Shown: one piece after another, positions 41,345-54,944 of the stretch
Layout of the letters: the number at the start of each line of letters is the position of its first letter
Position numbering within the stretch: the stretch's first letter is position 1
DNA from: Hyaloraphidium curvatum SAG 235-1
Lineage: Eukaryota; Fungi; Monoblepharomycota
Assembly (NCBI GenBank): GCA_025558095.1
Contig: JAIVFI010000025.1
Coordinates: 62,001 to 126,000, forward strand
Reading direction: 5' to 3'
Length of the DNA stretch: 64,000 nt
Translations under genes and position numbers: made by a program
The notes under the pieces: generated by a model
Told to the model about the DNA's origin: nothing
Databases searched by the model: none
Seen by the model: only the letters and a program-made list of their open reading frames with translations

Positions 41345-41930
41345 ATCGATCGGCGCGTTGTCGCCATTCTGAGCTAAAGTTATCTTGTTTTTCCCCCACC
41401 ACAGTATATTTGGCACAGCCTGAGGTCGAAGCAAAGCTTGCGTGCCGCGCTGAGTTTGTCGGGGTCCATCAAAGGGCGGTCCCAGCCCGCCGCGCCGACC
41501 ATCCTCTTCCGTCAGGACAGTCCCGGCCAAACTCGCCGGCAAACCCAGCGTGCTCCAAGCCTTCGCGAAAGGCTTTTCTTAGCGCTCCCCGCTGTTTGTT
41601 ACCTGTCAGTGTCCTGGGGCCGCCGTGCCATTTGCTCTTTCTGCGTGCCCTGACCGACAGTTGGCACCTCTTCCCCTGTCTCGGTTCTTCCAACATTTCT
41701 ACCGTTCCGCGCTTGCTCTCAACCCTGCGGCCGCGCGCATCTTCGCTCTGCTGGGCGGCAACGTCTTGGAGCCTCGTGGTTTTCGGGCCAATCTCCCTGA
41801 ACCCGTTGCTCCGCTTCTCTGCTCTGTCTCCTGTCCTTCCCCCTTTCTCCGCCCTCTCGACCGATTATTCTGGACCTTGGCCGCCGGTCGGGCGTCAGGA
41901 TTTTAGGTTATCGCGTCGAAACTAGACAAG

Positions 41931-42903
41931 ATGGGGTTCATGGACGAACTGATGTCGGGGAAGGCCGGCCTCTACGGGCAATGGTGGGTCCTAGGAACGC
42001 CCAAAGGCCGTGTGCGATGTTGAGCTCATCGATGGCCCTGCTTTTCTGCCATTGGGACTGCAGGCTTGGCATTCTCTCGGCGCTCTGTGAGTCAGCTGAC
42101 AGCTGGTCCTTTCAGCGGCGTTCTAACTCTTTCTGACAGTGCTTCTTATCTTCGGCATCATCGCCTTCCTCTCGTATGTTTCAGAGAACCGCTCGGGAGG
42201 AACCTCGCGGAGCCTCCCATTGGTGTCTGCCCTGATGCCGTTTCTGACCTGTCATTGTCCCCAGCAACATCATCTTCTGTTTGATTGGCTTCGTTTTCAT
42301 TCCAATCATTCTCTTTACCGAGATTCCCTTCTGCCTTAAGGTCAGAGCCTTCTCTGCCGGCCCTTTTCGTCGCTGATCTTCGCCGCCACGACAGATTTGC
42401 CCGTTCAACGAAGGCTTGTGAGGATCATTTGCTTCGCTGGGCGGGATTCGAGCTGCGGAATGTGCTTCTGACACGCTCTCTTCCCCTTGCGATCCGGACG
42501 CACGATATCGCCGTTGTGGACGTCATCAGCAACAACTTCATGAAGACCTTCGAGAACCCAATCTACCGGACGTTGATGTACCTTGTGTGAGTGCTGCTGA
42601 GCCCAGGAACCGTGTGTCCACATGCTGACACCAATCCCTGCCAGCATGACGGTCGTCATGTGGTGCTCCCTGTCGATCAGCACCACGACCCTCATAATTC
42701 CTTGCCTTACCCTCACTGCCACCTTTATTTGTTATGGTGGGATCGCTCTCGGCGTCGATCTCGCTTCCGTGTCACGTCTGACCATCCCTGGGCACCCAGC
42801 GATCTCCGCCTTCAAGAAGGAGGGCCGCACCACGAGCAGCCTGACTGGCGGTAGCGGTGTCGTTCAGGCGGCGACGAGCACCATGGGAGGCGCGGTCGTG
42901 TAG
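41931..42903 (+). CDS. TVP18: Golgi membrane protein Tvp18, many tiny exons
   Basis: Spliced MGFMDELMSGKAGLYGQW|LGILSAL|...EIPFCLK|ICP...NPIYR.LMY...SLTGGSGV. Confidence 0.85.
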
Positions 42904-43150
42904 AGGGACTTCGTGGAAGGGACAACCGATGACCGACCTCGGCACCAGGTGGAGGCGGAGGTTCGATCGGGTCGGTTACCTACGCGTTCCTCCTTCCGCG
43001 GCCGCTGGTTTGGCGCGGAACTGGCATCGAAGACGTACTGTAACGTTTAATGAGCACTTTCGTCTCTCTCCTATTATTCGTCTTCTTCGGTCGACGAAGC
43101 TGTGACGGGCGCAGCTGTTTCTCCCGCGAAGTGCTGACCTCAACGTCTCC

Positions 43151-45226
43151 ATGGCCGGCTTGGGCCAGGACGATTTCAGACGGCTCCTCGCGACCCCGCG
43201 ATCCGTCCAGGCAAAAGATGGCTTCAAAGCGCCGGCGCCTCGGCTGGCTCCGCCGGGCCAGAAGGTTTCCATCCCGTCAACCCCGCGGACATCGGACGCG
43301 ACTCCCAAACGGGGCGGGGGCGGCGGAGGCAACAAGTTCAACAAGTTCCGCGACAAGAAGAAGAAAGACGATGAGGCAGAGGAGAGCGGGACCGGAGCCA
43401 GCTACAGGGACCGCGCCAGGGAGCGGAGGGACGGGAAGAGCGGGGACGCGGATTTCGAGGAGACTCCGTCCCGACTCGCCCAGAAGTGAGACTTCCTCAG
43501 CGATGGGCATCAGTTCAAACAGCTAACACTCCCATCGCGTGTGTGGCAGCGAGGGAATGCCGCGCCGGACTGCGGTATCTCGTGGATCCGAAGACGACGA
43601 CCCGCTCGCGGACCTCGCTGACGAGAGCGAGCCGAACAAAGCCAGTTCTACCTCGGTTGAGACTCCCCAGCTCCTGGGTGGGGATGCACTTCCCGTCCGT
43701 GGCCTGGACAAGACCCTTCTCAACCGGGTCCGCGAGGAGATCAAGGCCAGGGAGGTCACCGATGCGGAGCTGAAGGAGGCCGAGGAATACGTCCGGCGCA
43801 TCGACGGGGATGCCGAGCCGGAGTTTCTTGGACTGATGGCCAAGGCCATTTACCAGCAGGTCGTGGCAGGGAAGAAGGAGCCGCCGTTGACGAACCCCAT
43901 GTTTGCGGAGGGGAGGATGGCCTTTGTCTTTGACCTCGGATTCGAGGGCGATGCCTACATCGGATCTCCGGATATGCCGACGACGCTACTGAGGAGCCGC
44001 TTGGAGGTGTCCGGGGACGACGCGGCCAGGAGGGCGAGCGACCAGGTGGCACTGAAGGTTGCCGACGCCCTGGCAGCGCTGCGGACAAACGGTGCCGATG
44101 GCGATGTGATCATCGGGGAAGATGGGAAGCGGAGGATAAAGAAGAAGGATAAGGAGGAGCGGGAACGGCAGAAGCAGAAGGAGGAGGAGAAGCCGGTCAA
44201 GCCGGCGGCGGCCCCAGCACCTTCGAAGCCTGAGCCTGTCGTGGGGATTGACGACGATGAGGAGTAAGTTCCGTTCTGTTTTTGCTGGCAGGAATGCTCA
44301 TGGGTCTCCGCCTGAACAGCATCTTTGGCGATGCCGGCCGTGACTATACCCTCGAAGTGGACGATCGGCGGCGCAGAGAAGCTGAAGCCAAGCTGGCGGC
44401 TTTGGAAGCCGCCAGTGAGGAACCGGCACCCGCTCCCAGTGCGGCGGCGGACGAGCCGGAGGAGGACATTTTCGGACCGCAGATCCCCGCCGAGTTCCGA
44501 AGAGCCCGGAGCGAGGAGCCGGAAGCGGAAGAGGACGAGGACACATTCGGACCGCAGATACCCGTCGAGTTCCGGAGACCGCGCGATGAGGACGAGGAGG
44601 ACGGGGAGATGGAGGTCGACGAACCTGCATTCGGACCGCAGGTGCCGGCCGAGTTTCGGCGGCCGCAGACACCATCGGACGACGGAGTCGACGAAGAAGA
44701 GGAGTATCGCAGACGAGCGGCCGTGGCTCCGGCACCGAAAGCCGAGGACGAAGGTCCGAAGCACGTCAAGACTGACTGGTTCGGCAAGGTCGTCGTCGAC
44801 GGGCGCGAGGTTGAGGAGGTCGAGAAGGAGCCCAAGGCCAAGATCGCCGAGCTCGTGCGGACGGTGGCAGGCGAGGCCGCTGCCGCCGAGATCGAGGGCC
44901 CGCCGCCCGAGGCTCGCGGTTTCGGCACCGCGGCGGAGAAGAGGAAGAAGCCCAGAAAGAGGGCTTTGGACGAGGATGAGGGCGACTACTACACGGGACT
45001 GGGCGGATCTTACGGCTACGACAGCGACGATGACGATACTTTCAGCAGCAAGAAGGCTGCGGCGGAACCCGAGGAGGAGGGCAAGGGCAAGCGAGGCAAG
45101 GGCAAGGGAGGGGGTGGGGGGAAGGGCGACGATGGCAAGAAGAAGGCCAAACTCAACGAGGAGTTCCAGGCCTTGGACAAGAAGATGCAGGAGAAGTGGG
45201 GCGTTTCATTAGCCGGGAAGAAGTGA
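43151..45226 (+). CDS. IK: RED/IK spliceosomal protein (RED_N domain)
   Basis: QDDFRRLLATPR, YRDRARERR, LGGD....RGLD..LL, F.EGRMAFVF, PTTLLRS, IFGDAG.DY. Confidence 0.85.
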
Positions 45227-45395
45227 GATGGGCAGATTTGAAGGGGTTTTCACGCCGCCTCGTCCCGAACGGTCACCGAGATCCCCAGAAGTTTAAACGA
45301 CCCAACAGAACCGAGGCGTGCGTCCTCGCGGCCGAATTGGACGCATTCGGAAAATCCACCATTCGCCGCGCGCGCTTGGACGTCCGTCGCCTGCG

Positions 45396-46568
45396 ATGGA
45401 GTCCGAGGACGGGCTCCGCAAACGGGCGCCGGTGGTGTCGGACTCGACCGCCGTTGAGGTGCCTCTCGCCGACACGGCCGCCCTCCCTGTGCCTCAACAG
45501 TCGCCGGTGCACGATCCTGAGCCTAAGAAACGCGCCCGCTGGGCGCCGTCGCGGACGTTGAGGCGGTCATTCGTTATCGCCATCTGGCTGCTGGTCCTTC
45601 TGGTCGTCGCGGTGCTCGGCTTCTATTTCGGATGGCGGTACTCGTCGGGAGGAGGAGGGACGGGCGACCTGCTCTTCTTCAACACGACGTTGACTGAAGC
45701 GAGATCCTGCCTGGGCTTTGGCGAGCAATCTACCTCGGACTCGGTGCTGGTCGCCTACACGGTCGTTTCGGTCGACCTGGTGGACTTCCAGCTGCCACTG
45801 CGAGTACAGGCCACCACCTGCGGGGGGGATATTGAGGATGACGATGGCCTGGCGACGGTCGACATTACTTACACAATCGACTTTGATACGATCGTATTGC
45901 AAAGAGGACTGCCGGCGGTGCAGAGCGAAAACACCCAGAGTCTCGATGGTGGACCTCTGTACACGTATCCCTTTGACGTGTGGACCGCCTCGATCACGAC
46001 CAACGCGTTCCGAGAGGGCCCCAATGGGACCAAACTGAGGATACCAGTGGGCGTGTCGGTGGATGCTGTGTCGACGGCCTACATCATCCGCGCCCAGGCC
46101 GTTCCAAACGCTACCGACGATGCTAGCCGCGGACCTCTTGCTGGCGGGCTGGAGATTCAGATACAGATCTCCCGCACGGCCGTCTCCATCGCGCTCGTGA
46201 TCTTGATAGCTTTGTCGATGTGGGCACTGTCTGTGTCGATGCTCATCACGGCTTTGGACGCGGCCTACATCCGGCCGCACAGAGTCGAAGCCGACGTCGT
46301 CGGCGCGAGCATCAGCCTGCTGTTTGCGCTACCCCAGCTTCGGGACGCCATGCCCGCCGTGCCCTCGCTTGGATTCGCGCAGGTGGACGTCTTTGCCTAC
46401 TCGGTGTGCCTGCTCATCTCGGCGGTGGCTGCCATCATCCTTCTTTGGGAGTTTATGATGCGGACGCGGGTTGTGGACGAGGTTGCGGAGCAGTCGCAGT
46501 TCGATGAGTCTGGCGGGCTGGAGGAAGGTGCTGCGGTCATCAGGCACAGCACCATGGCACGTTCCTGA
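45396..46568 (+). CDS. DUF4436-family membrane protein, tandem copy 1 (intronless)
   Basis: N-terminal TM, beta-rich ectodomain with YPFD, then R-TM-TM(LFALPQLRDAMP..P..G..D)-TM. Confidence 0.8.
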   Translation: MESEDGLRKRAPVVSDSTAVEVPLADTAALPVPQQSPVHDPEPKKRARWAPSRTLRRSFVIAIWLLVLLVVAVLGFYFGWRYSSGGGGTGDLLFFNTTLTEARSCLGFGEQSTSDSVLVAYTVVSVDLVDFQLPLRVQATTCGGDIEDDDGLATVDITYTIDFDTIVLQRGLPAVQSENTQSLDGGPLYTYPFDVWTASITTNAFREGPNGTKLRIPVGVSVDAVSTAYIIRAQAVPNATDDASRGPLAGGLEIQIQISRTAVSIALVILIALSMWALSVSMLITALDAAYIRPHRVEADVVGASISLLFALPQLRDAMPAVPSLGFAQVDVFAYSVCLLISAVAAIILLWEFMMRTRVVDEVAEQSQFDESGGLEEGAAVIRHSTMARS

Positions 46569-46905
46569 AGGCCTCGAGGGAAGAGGGGTTCAGGGGACAG
46601 GGGATGGTCGCTGACGCTTTGTCATGGTGACAATTTCGTCCCGATTACGATCTGATGTTGAGCAGGTGGATCTGCTCTATCTGCAATTGAATTCATATAT
46701 TTCCCGTTCCTTTTGCGAGCATAAACTTCGCTTGGCGAGGGGACGCGTGCGATGACGTGAGTGACCTCGCGCCGCCGGCGACGAGCCGAGCCAGAAACCT
46801 ATTTACAGCGTCCCGGAACAACAGTGGTGCGTCGCTCGCGGTCGATTCGGACGGCTCTGGCGCAGCCTCGATCCGCGAGGCGCCCTTTGGCGCCCGCCTC
46901 CTGCG

Positions 46906-48060
46906 ATGGAGTCTGAAGACGGGCTCCGCAAACGGGCACCCGGGGTTTCGGACTCGACCGCCGTCGACGTGCCCGTCCCTGTGCCCCAGCAACAGCCTGT
47001 TCGCGATCCTGAGCCAAAGAAACGCGCGCGCTGGACGCCGTCTCGGACGCTGCGGCGGTCGTTCTTCATCGCCGCGTGGCTCCTCGTGCTTCTCGTTGTT
47101 GCGGTCCTCGGCTTCTACTTCGGGTGGCGCTATTCGACGGGCGGAGGAGGGGTCAGCGACCTGCTCTTCTTCAACACCACGCTGACCGAAGCGAGGTCCT
47201 GCCTGGGCTTTGGAGAACAGGCAACGTCGGGCTCGGTCCTCGTCTCCTACACGGTTGTTTCCGTCGACCTGGTGGACTTCCAGCTGCCCATGCGGGTACA
47301 GGCTACCACGTGCGGGGGCGACTTGGAGGACGCGGAAGGCCTGGCGACGGTGGATATCAGCATTACCTGCGATTTCGACACGCTGGTGCTCCAAAGAGGA
47401 CTGCCGGCGGTCCAGGGAGAAAATACCCAGACCCTCCAGGGCGGACCGCTCTATACTTACCCTTTCGACGTGTGGACCGCCACGGTCACGACCAACGCGT
47501 TCCGAAATGGCCCGAACGGGACCAAAGAGAGAATACCCGTTGGAGTGACTGTGGATGCGGTGTCTACCGCCAATGTCATCCGTGCTCTGGCGCTACCGAA
47601 CGCCACCGACGACGCCAGCCGCGGACCCTTGGCTGGCGGGCTGCAGATCGAGATCCAGGTCTCGCGGACCGCGGTCTCCATCGCGCTCGTGATCATGATT
47701 GCTGTTTCAATGTGGGCGCTGTCTGTGTCGATGCTCATCACGGCCCTGGACGCCGCCTACATCCGGCCGCACCGGGTCGAGGCCGACGTCGTCGGCGCGA
47801 GCATCAGCCTGCTGTTCGCGCTGCCCCAGCTACGGGACGCCATGCCCGCCGTACCCTCGCTGGGATTCGCGCAGGTGGACGTCTTTGCCTACTCGGTGTG
47901 CCTGCTCATCTCGGCAGTCGCGGCCATCATCCTGCTTTGGGAGTTTATGATGCGGACCAGGGTCGTCGACGAGGTCGCGGAGCAGTCGCAGTTCGACGAG
48001 GCGGGTGGGTTGGAGGAAGGTGCCGCATTGATGAGGCACAACACCGTTGCACGTTCGTGA
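46906..48060 (+). CDS. DUF4436-family membrane protein, tandem copy 2 (intronless)
   Basis: Near-identical paralog of 45396-46568 with the same motifs. Confidence 0.8.
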   Translation: MESEDGLRKRAPGVSDSTAVDVPVPVPQQQPVRDPEPKKRARWTPSRTLRRSFFIAAWLLVLLVVAVLGFYFGWRYSTGGGGVSDLLFFNTTLTEARSCLGFGEQATSGSVLVSYTVVSVDLVDFQLPMRVQATTCGGDLEDAEGLATVDISITCDFDTLVLQRGLPAVQGENTQTLQGGPLYTYPFDVWTATVTTNAFRNGPNGTKERIPVGVTVDAVSTANVIRALALPNATDDASRGPLAGGLQIEIQVSRTAVSIALVIMIAVSMWALSVSMLITALDAAYIRPHRVEADVVGASISLLFALPQLRDAMPAVPSLGFAQVDVFAYSVCLLISAVAAIILLWEFMMRTRVVDEVAEQSQFDEAGGLEEGAALMRHNTVARS

Positions 48061-48331
48061 ATTGGGAGGAGGGAGGGCGCGGAAATGGGGCGGTGCGGGG
48101 TGCGCTTGGGCCACAGGGATATGGGTATGTAGTTCTTTCGCTATTGAATTGATCTACTTTGCTTTGTGGACGACGAAACCGATTGGGGTTGGCCGCGGGA
48201 AGCCTCGCGGAAGAACAAATCGGACGACGGAGCAGATATCGGAGAAAGCGACGAAAACCTCATGTTGTCCTCGCACATCTCGTACATCCAACGTCTGATT
48301 TGACAGCCTAGAAGCCTCAACGGCAGCACCC

Positions 48332-50358
48332 TTAAAGATCCGCACCGAGGAGCTTGCCGACCTTGGTGCTCATCCTGTGAAGCCACGCGCGTGAGATTCC
48401 GCGCCAACCGACGGCGCAAGCCGAACACGCACCGCACGCCGAGGTCGGCCATGATCTCCTCGGACCCGCCGGGGATGGCGGCGCCCCTGGTCGACCTGTA
48501 GATGGCCTCGACGCGCCCCCCCTGCCCGCCCTTGGTGTACGCGATCCCGCCCAGGATCTGCGACGCCTCCCTCGCGCAGAGCTCCAGCACGCGCGTGCAC
48601 TGCAGCTTGCACAGGGCGATGGCGCCGCCGAGGCGGAGGTCCTGGATCTTGGGGTCCATCTTGGTCATCTGGTACGCGAGCACCTCGATCCAGGCGTGGG
48701 TGGCCTCGATCTGGCGGGCCATCTGGGCGAACTTGTCGCGGATGACGCCGTGCTCGATGAGGAACTTGCCGAAGGTCTTGCGCTTGTGCTGTGAAGGGTG
48801 GGCGGGTGAGGCAAAGACGATGGGAAGGACGGCATGCCACGCACGGCGTAGTGGAGGGCCTCCTGGTAGCAGATGCGCGAGGAGCGGTTGGTACCGATGC
48901 AGATGAGGATGCGCTCGTGGTTGAAGTTGGTCATGAGCGCCTTGAACCCCTCGTTGATCTTGCCGATCAGGTTCTCCACCGGCACCTTGACGTCGTCGAA
49001 CGTCACGTAGGCCGTGCCGCCCATGACGCCGGCCGACACCTCGATGTGCCTGGTCTTGACGCCCTGGGTCCTGGGGATCATGAGCACCGAGATGCCCGCG
49101 CCGCCGGCGCCGCCGGTGCGGACGGCCGTGGTGAACCAGTCGGCCCACACGCCGCCCGTGATCCACTTCTTCTCGCCGTTGACGATGAAGTGCTTCCCGT
49201 CGTCCGAGAGCCGGGCGGTGGTCTGGATGTTCTGCACGTCCGAGCCGGCGTGGGGCTCCGAGATGGCAAGGGCAGCGGTCTCGGTGCCGGAGTAGAGGGC
49301 CGGGAGGAGCTTCTCCTTCATCCACTTGGGGCCGTGCTTCTCGATCGGCGGGATGGCAAAGGCCTGGCCGCCGAAGAAGGAGCCCATCAGGCTGGGGGAG
49401 GCACGGAGCTCGTCAAGGACGACTGGCGAAGGGAGGCGAGGGGCGTTAGCGGGCTGCCACCGAAGCCCGACGGATTCGGAACGCACCCATCTCGTGGAAC
49501 ATGTTCCAGTTCTCGGGCTTGATCCCCATCGGCAGCGACGGGATGCCGGGCAGGTCGGGCGCCCTCCACGGCGGGCCGACGATGACGCGGAAGAAGCCGG
49601 CCTTGCCCACGACCTCGAAGATCTCGCGGGGCAGCGGCTTGTCGGCCCTGATCAGGGCCTCGAACTCCTCCTTGCGGTCGAGGAAGGTGTTGGCCTGGAG
49701 GAGCTGGCGGATGTGCGCGCGGAGGGCACGGTGGCTCTCGTCGTAGTCTGCGCAGCGTGTCAGGCGGGAAGCGACGATGGAGGCGGCGGGCAACGACGCA
49801 CAAGGGGAGTACCAGTCCTGGTACCAGTAGGGCTCCGCGAACGGCGCCAGATCGCCAAAGACCTCGAGCTGGCCCGTCAGGAGGGCCGACTGCGCCTTGG
49901 CGGGGGCGGCCTTGGTCGCGGCGGCGACCTGCGAGATGATCGAGTCGACGCTGCCGATCTCGAGCTTCTTGCCGTACTGCGACAGGACCTGCGGGGAAGG
50001 GCGGGGTCAGGCACCGTCGAGGCATCGCACAACGTCAAACTTGCTTGCGGATTGTGGTAACGGCGGAACTGCTCCGTGGCATCCTTGCCGGCGAAGCGGA
50101 GCAGAATCTTCTTGCCGCCGGGGTGCTCGTCTGCGAACTTGGACACGTCGTAGACCTGCAAGGGGGGCCGGGAACGCGTCGGAAGGATGCCGATCGAAGG
50201 CGACAGGGACGACGCACCTTGTTCTCGACGATGATCCAGGCTTCGGGACCGGCGCGGCCGGGCATCAGCATCCGCTTCCGGGCGACGGTACGGTCCGACC
50301 TACCGTCGTTCTCGCTCGAGTGGCGGGCGACCTCTCCGGCGGTGTAGCTGCCTCCCAT
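48332..50358 (-). CDS. Acyl-CoA dehydrogenase with N-terminal cytochrome b5 domain, multi-exon
   Basis: [14 protein letters not shown] (b5); [53 protein letters not shown]; ends GADL-TAA. Confidence 0.93.
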
Positions 50359-50533
50359 GGTTCCTCCGAGCCCTCGGGGCGTCGGACGGGTGGGAAAGTG
50401 TTCCGGGGTTTGGAGACGACGGCTGCGGTCCTCTTCCTGCGCGGGAGACGGCAGGCGGACGCGCTGGTGGGCAGTTGGGAGGCCCGGATAATCCGATGCG
50501 CCGGGGGACGGTGGGCGGCTAGCGATTGGTTAG

Positions 50534-52252
<1,719 letters not shown>

Positions 52253-52609
52253 GCGTGGCGCGAGGGGTGCCTTCCCGGTCCGGGCAGCAAGAAGGGGGAA
52301 GACGCGTGTAGAGGTTCAATCGAGCTAACTTTGGACGGTGGCTTCCCAACACGTGCGACCTTCCGTGAGTGTCCAAGATTAGAACTTCAATTCGCTGGGA
52401 AACATCCCCGCGGATGGTCCCGTAATCCCGTACTGGTAGTGTGAAGAACGGCAGCCGCCTAGGCCTATTCCACGGTTATCCTTCTAATGTTGGACCGGCC
52501 GACCTCCGGGCAGGGTAATCCGCCGACTTATCCAACTTATCGTTCTTGTCTATCCCCTATCCGCCGTTGTCGTTTGACTGGGCGGGCCCTCGAGTGCTCA
52601 CATCAGCCG

Positions 52610-54944
52610 CTATGGTCCGACGCTCCAATTCCTACCGACCCGATCCGCTTCGGTCATCATTTCCGCGTACGTCCTCCCCGCACTCCTCGGGTCCGCGGCC
52701 GGCCGGAAGGTCCCCGACGTGGCCAGCTCCACCGAGGGCTCCTCGGCCTCCTCGAGCTGGGCCAAGGGCTGCAGCGACACGACGGTGGGGATGCCCGCCG
52801 CCACCAGGGTGCGCCGGAAGTTGTCGGCAGTGCGGCGCGCTGCGGGACGGCGTTGTAGACGGTCCGTGCCCGACGATGCGGGCTCCGACACCTACTCATG
52901 ACGCCGTAATGTTTTTCCCACGATCTCCAGGAACCGGAGGAGGACCCTCAGATCGTCCGCATAAGCGCGGTCATCCAGATCGGTGGCGTGCGGGGAAGCC
53001 CTGAGCATCGATCGCGGCGAGGTTCATGCCCGCGACCCTGAGCACGGGGAACGCGAGGCCAAAATGCAGATGCCGGCCTTGCGGATCGGCTGCGAGCTTG
53101 CTTGCGAGGAGGCTGACAAAGGCGATGCCGCCCTCGAGCATGGGCATGAACTCGGGCGACCGGAGGAGCGCGGCGCCGGCGTCATGGGCGGCGCCTTCGT
53201 AGAGGAATTAGTGCTCCAGTGTGAAGCTCCGGATGGCGGCAAAGTTGAAGATGGCGTGAAAAGCGTGGCCTTCAAGGGAGAACCAGTGCTGCCAGGAGGA
53301 AAGGAAGGACAGCGCGTCGCCCTGCCAGACAAGGGCGCCGTACGGAGCCGGGATCGACGAGTGGGCGGCAAAGACCATGTGATCAAACAGCTTGGATTGT
53401 GCGACGAAGGCCGACTCCGCCGCGGTGAGTTCTGATGAAGGGCGGCCTATCTCGCCAGGGGATCGAGCCCGTTGTGCACGGCGTGCTGCTTGATGAGGTG
53501 GCGCAGCCTCCTGCAGAACATGCAAAGACGGGCTCGACGAGTTGGTGAGCAACCCGAGAGCCTGTCTCAAGGTCCGGAGACGCAAAGAAAGCGGCGAAGT
53601 CCATCCAAGTCCACTGCGGCGCCGACAACGGGGCGACAAAGAGCGTAAAGAAGGCCCTTTCAGAGTCCGGATTGTCGAAGTACGATTCGTGGCAAGGCAG
53701 GGGGAATGGCCGTGGCGGGAAGTAATCCATGAGCGGCTCCCGATCCCCGAAGTATGACGAAATCCTGCGAGGTAGTGAGCCCAGGGTCAATGGGCGGGAA
53801 CGCGGGCCGGAACCCACACATCGTAGGAGGACAGCGCCATCCATGCGCGAAGCACCGACTCGGCCCTGATCCATTCCGCCGCGCTCTACGGGACCCCGGC
53901 CGGCAGAGCTTGGAGCGCGTCGAGGTCAAGCAACCTGCCGGCGACCCGCACGGCTTCGCGGAGCATGGCCGCGGCCGTTTCACCCAGGATTCCAACTCCA
54001 AGCAGCACTTGGAGCAGCAGGATGAGCGTCTGTAGGGCTTCGATATCGCTGATTGGCCGGCACAACGGGTTGGCGTCGAAATACCCGGCCAGGAGTACGT
54101 CCCGCGACCGCTCGCAGTAGGCCCGCCCGAGCGTGGCCTTTCCCGCCTCCGAAAGCCCGAAATTCGATGTCCGCGCGCCGATGGCGGCCATGGCAAAGAC
54201 CAGGGCCAACGGGGGATGCGTCCCGTAGAGCGGTGAGGCGGCGTTTGGCGCGAAAGCGGCTTCAAACGAGGCGCGGTGGACGAGGGGATACAGCTTGTGG
54301 TAATCCGACCAGAAATGGCTGAGGCAGGCAAAAATCAGGGAGTCTGAAAAGCTGGTGAGCGGGGAATGTTCGCGGCGCGCGGTGCCCTCCAGGTCCCACC
54401 TGGGTCCGCCGGCGGAGAGGTGGAGGAAGGCCATGCGATGGGCCGGGGCGGGGATTGTGGATCACCTGGAGGCAACGGCAGGTCGAGAGAGACAGGCGGA
54501 GTCAATGTGCCCGCCATGGGGACGGCGAAAGAGGGCAGAGGTGGCGGCGACCAAGGCGGCGGGGGCGACGGCAATCTCGGCGGTGGTGGGTGAACGCCGG
54601 GCCCGCCGACGACGTCTACTGACAACGCCCCGCTGGCGCCCTGCTTCCTGATCGTCTCCAAGTCCTTCCGGGTGACCGACTTGTCCCGCTCGGTGCAAAA
54701 CTTGCCGGACTTGCTGCAGCGGTCGCAGCCCGCCGGGGGCGGCGCCGAGAACGAGCAGCGTTTCTTGTCCTTGAAACAGCGGAAGCTGGATGGGCCGCGG
54801 CCGTGTGAGCTCCGTCGGGGTCGTCGGCGGCGCGGCGGCGCACCAGGTCCCGCGAGGTTCCGCCCCGGGACGAATCAGCTCGACCGCATGGCCCGCGCCC
54901 CATGCTACCACGGCGTCGTTCCCGCGCGCGATCGGAAAAGTCAT
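52610..54944 (-). pseudogene. Zn(II)2Cys6 transcription factor with fungal-specific middle domain; apparently inactivated
   Basis: Spliced C-FR-C-FKDKKR-C-x9-C-DR-C-x6-C; YPLVHRASF, EALQTL, EWI..E..R.W, LPCHE; in-frame TAG 53886-53888, TAA 53208-53210 and apparent frame changes near 53520 and 53450; 3' end uncertain. Confidence 0.7.

Noticed and set aside
41557-41575. Hairpin AAGCCTT-cgcga-AAGGCTT followed by T-rich bases
   Set aside because: Resembles a bacterial terminator but the context is eukaryotic; a 7-bp stem is expected by chance
52470-52565. Cluster of TATC/GATA motifs
   Set aside because: Lies between convergent 3' ends rather than in a promoter; short motif with no supporting context
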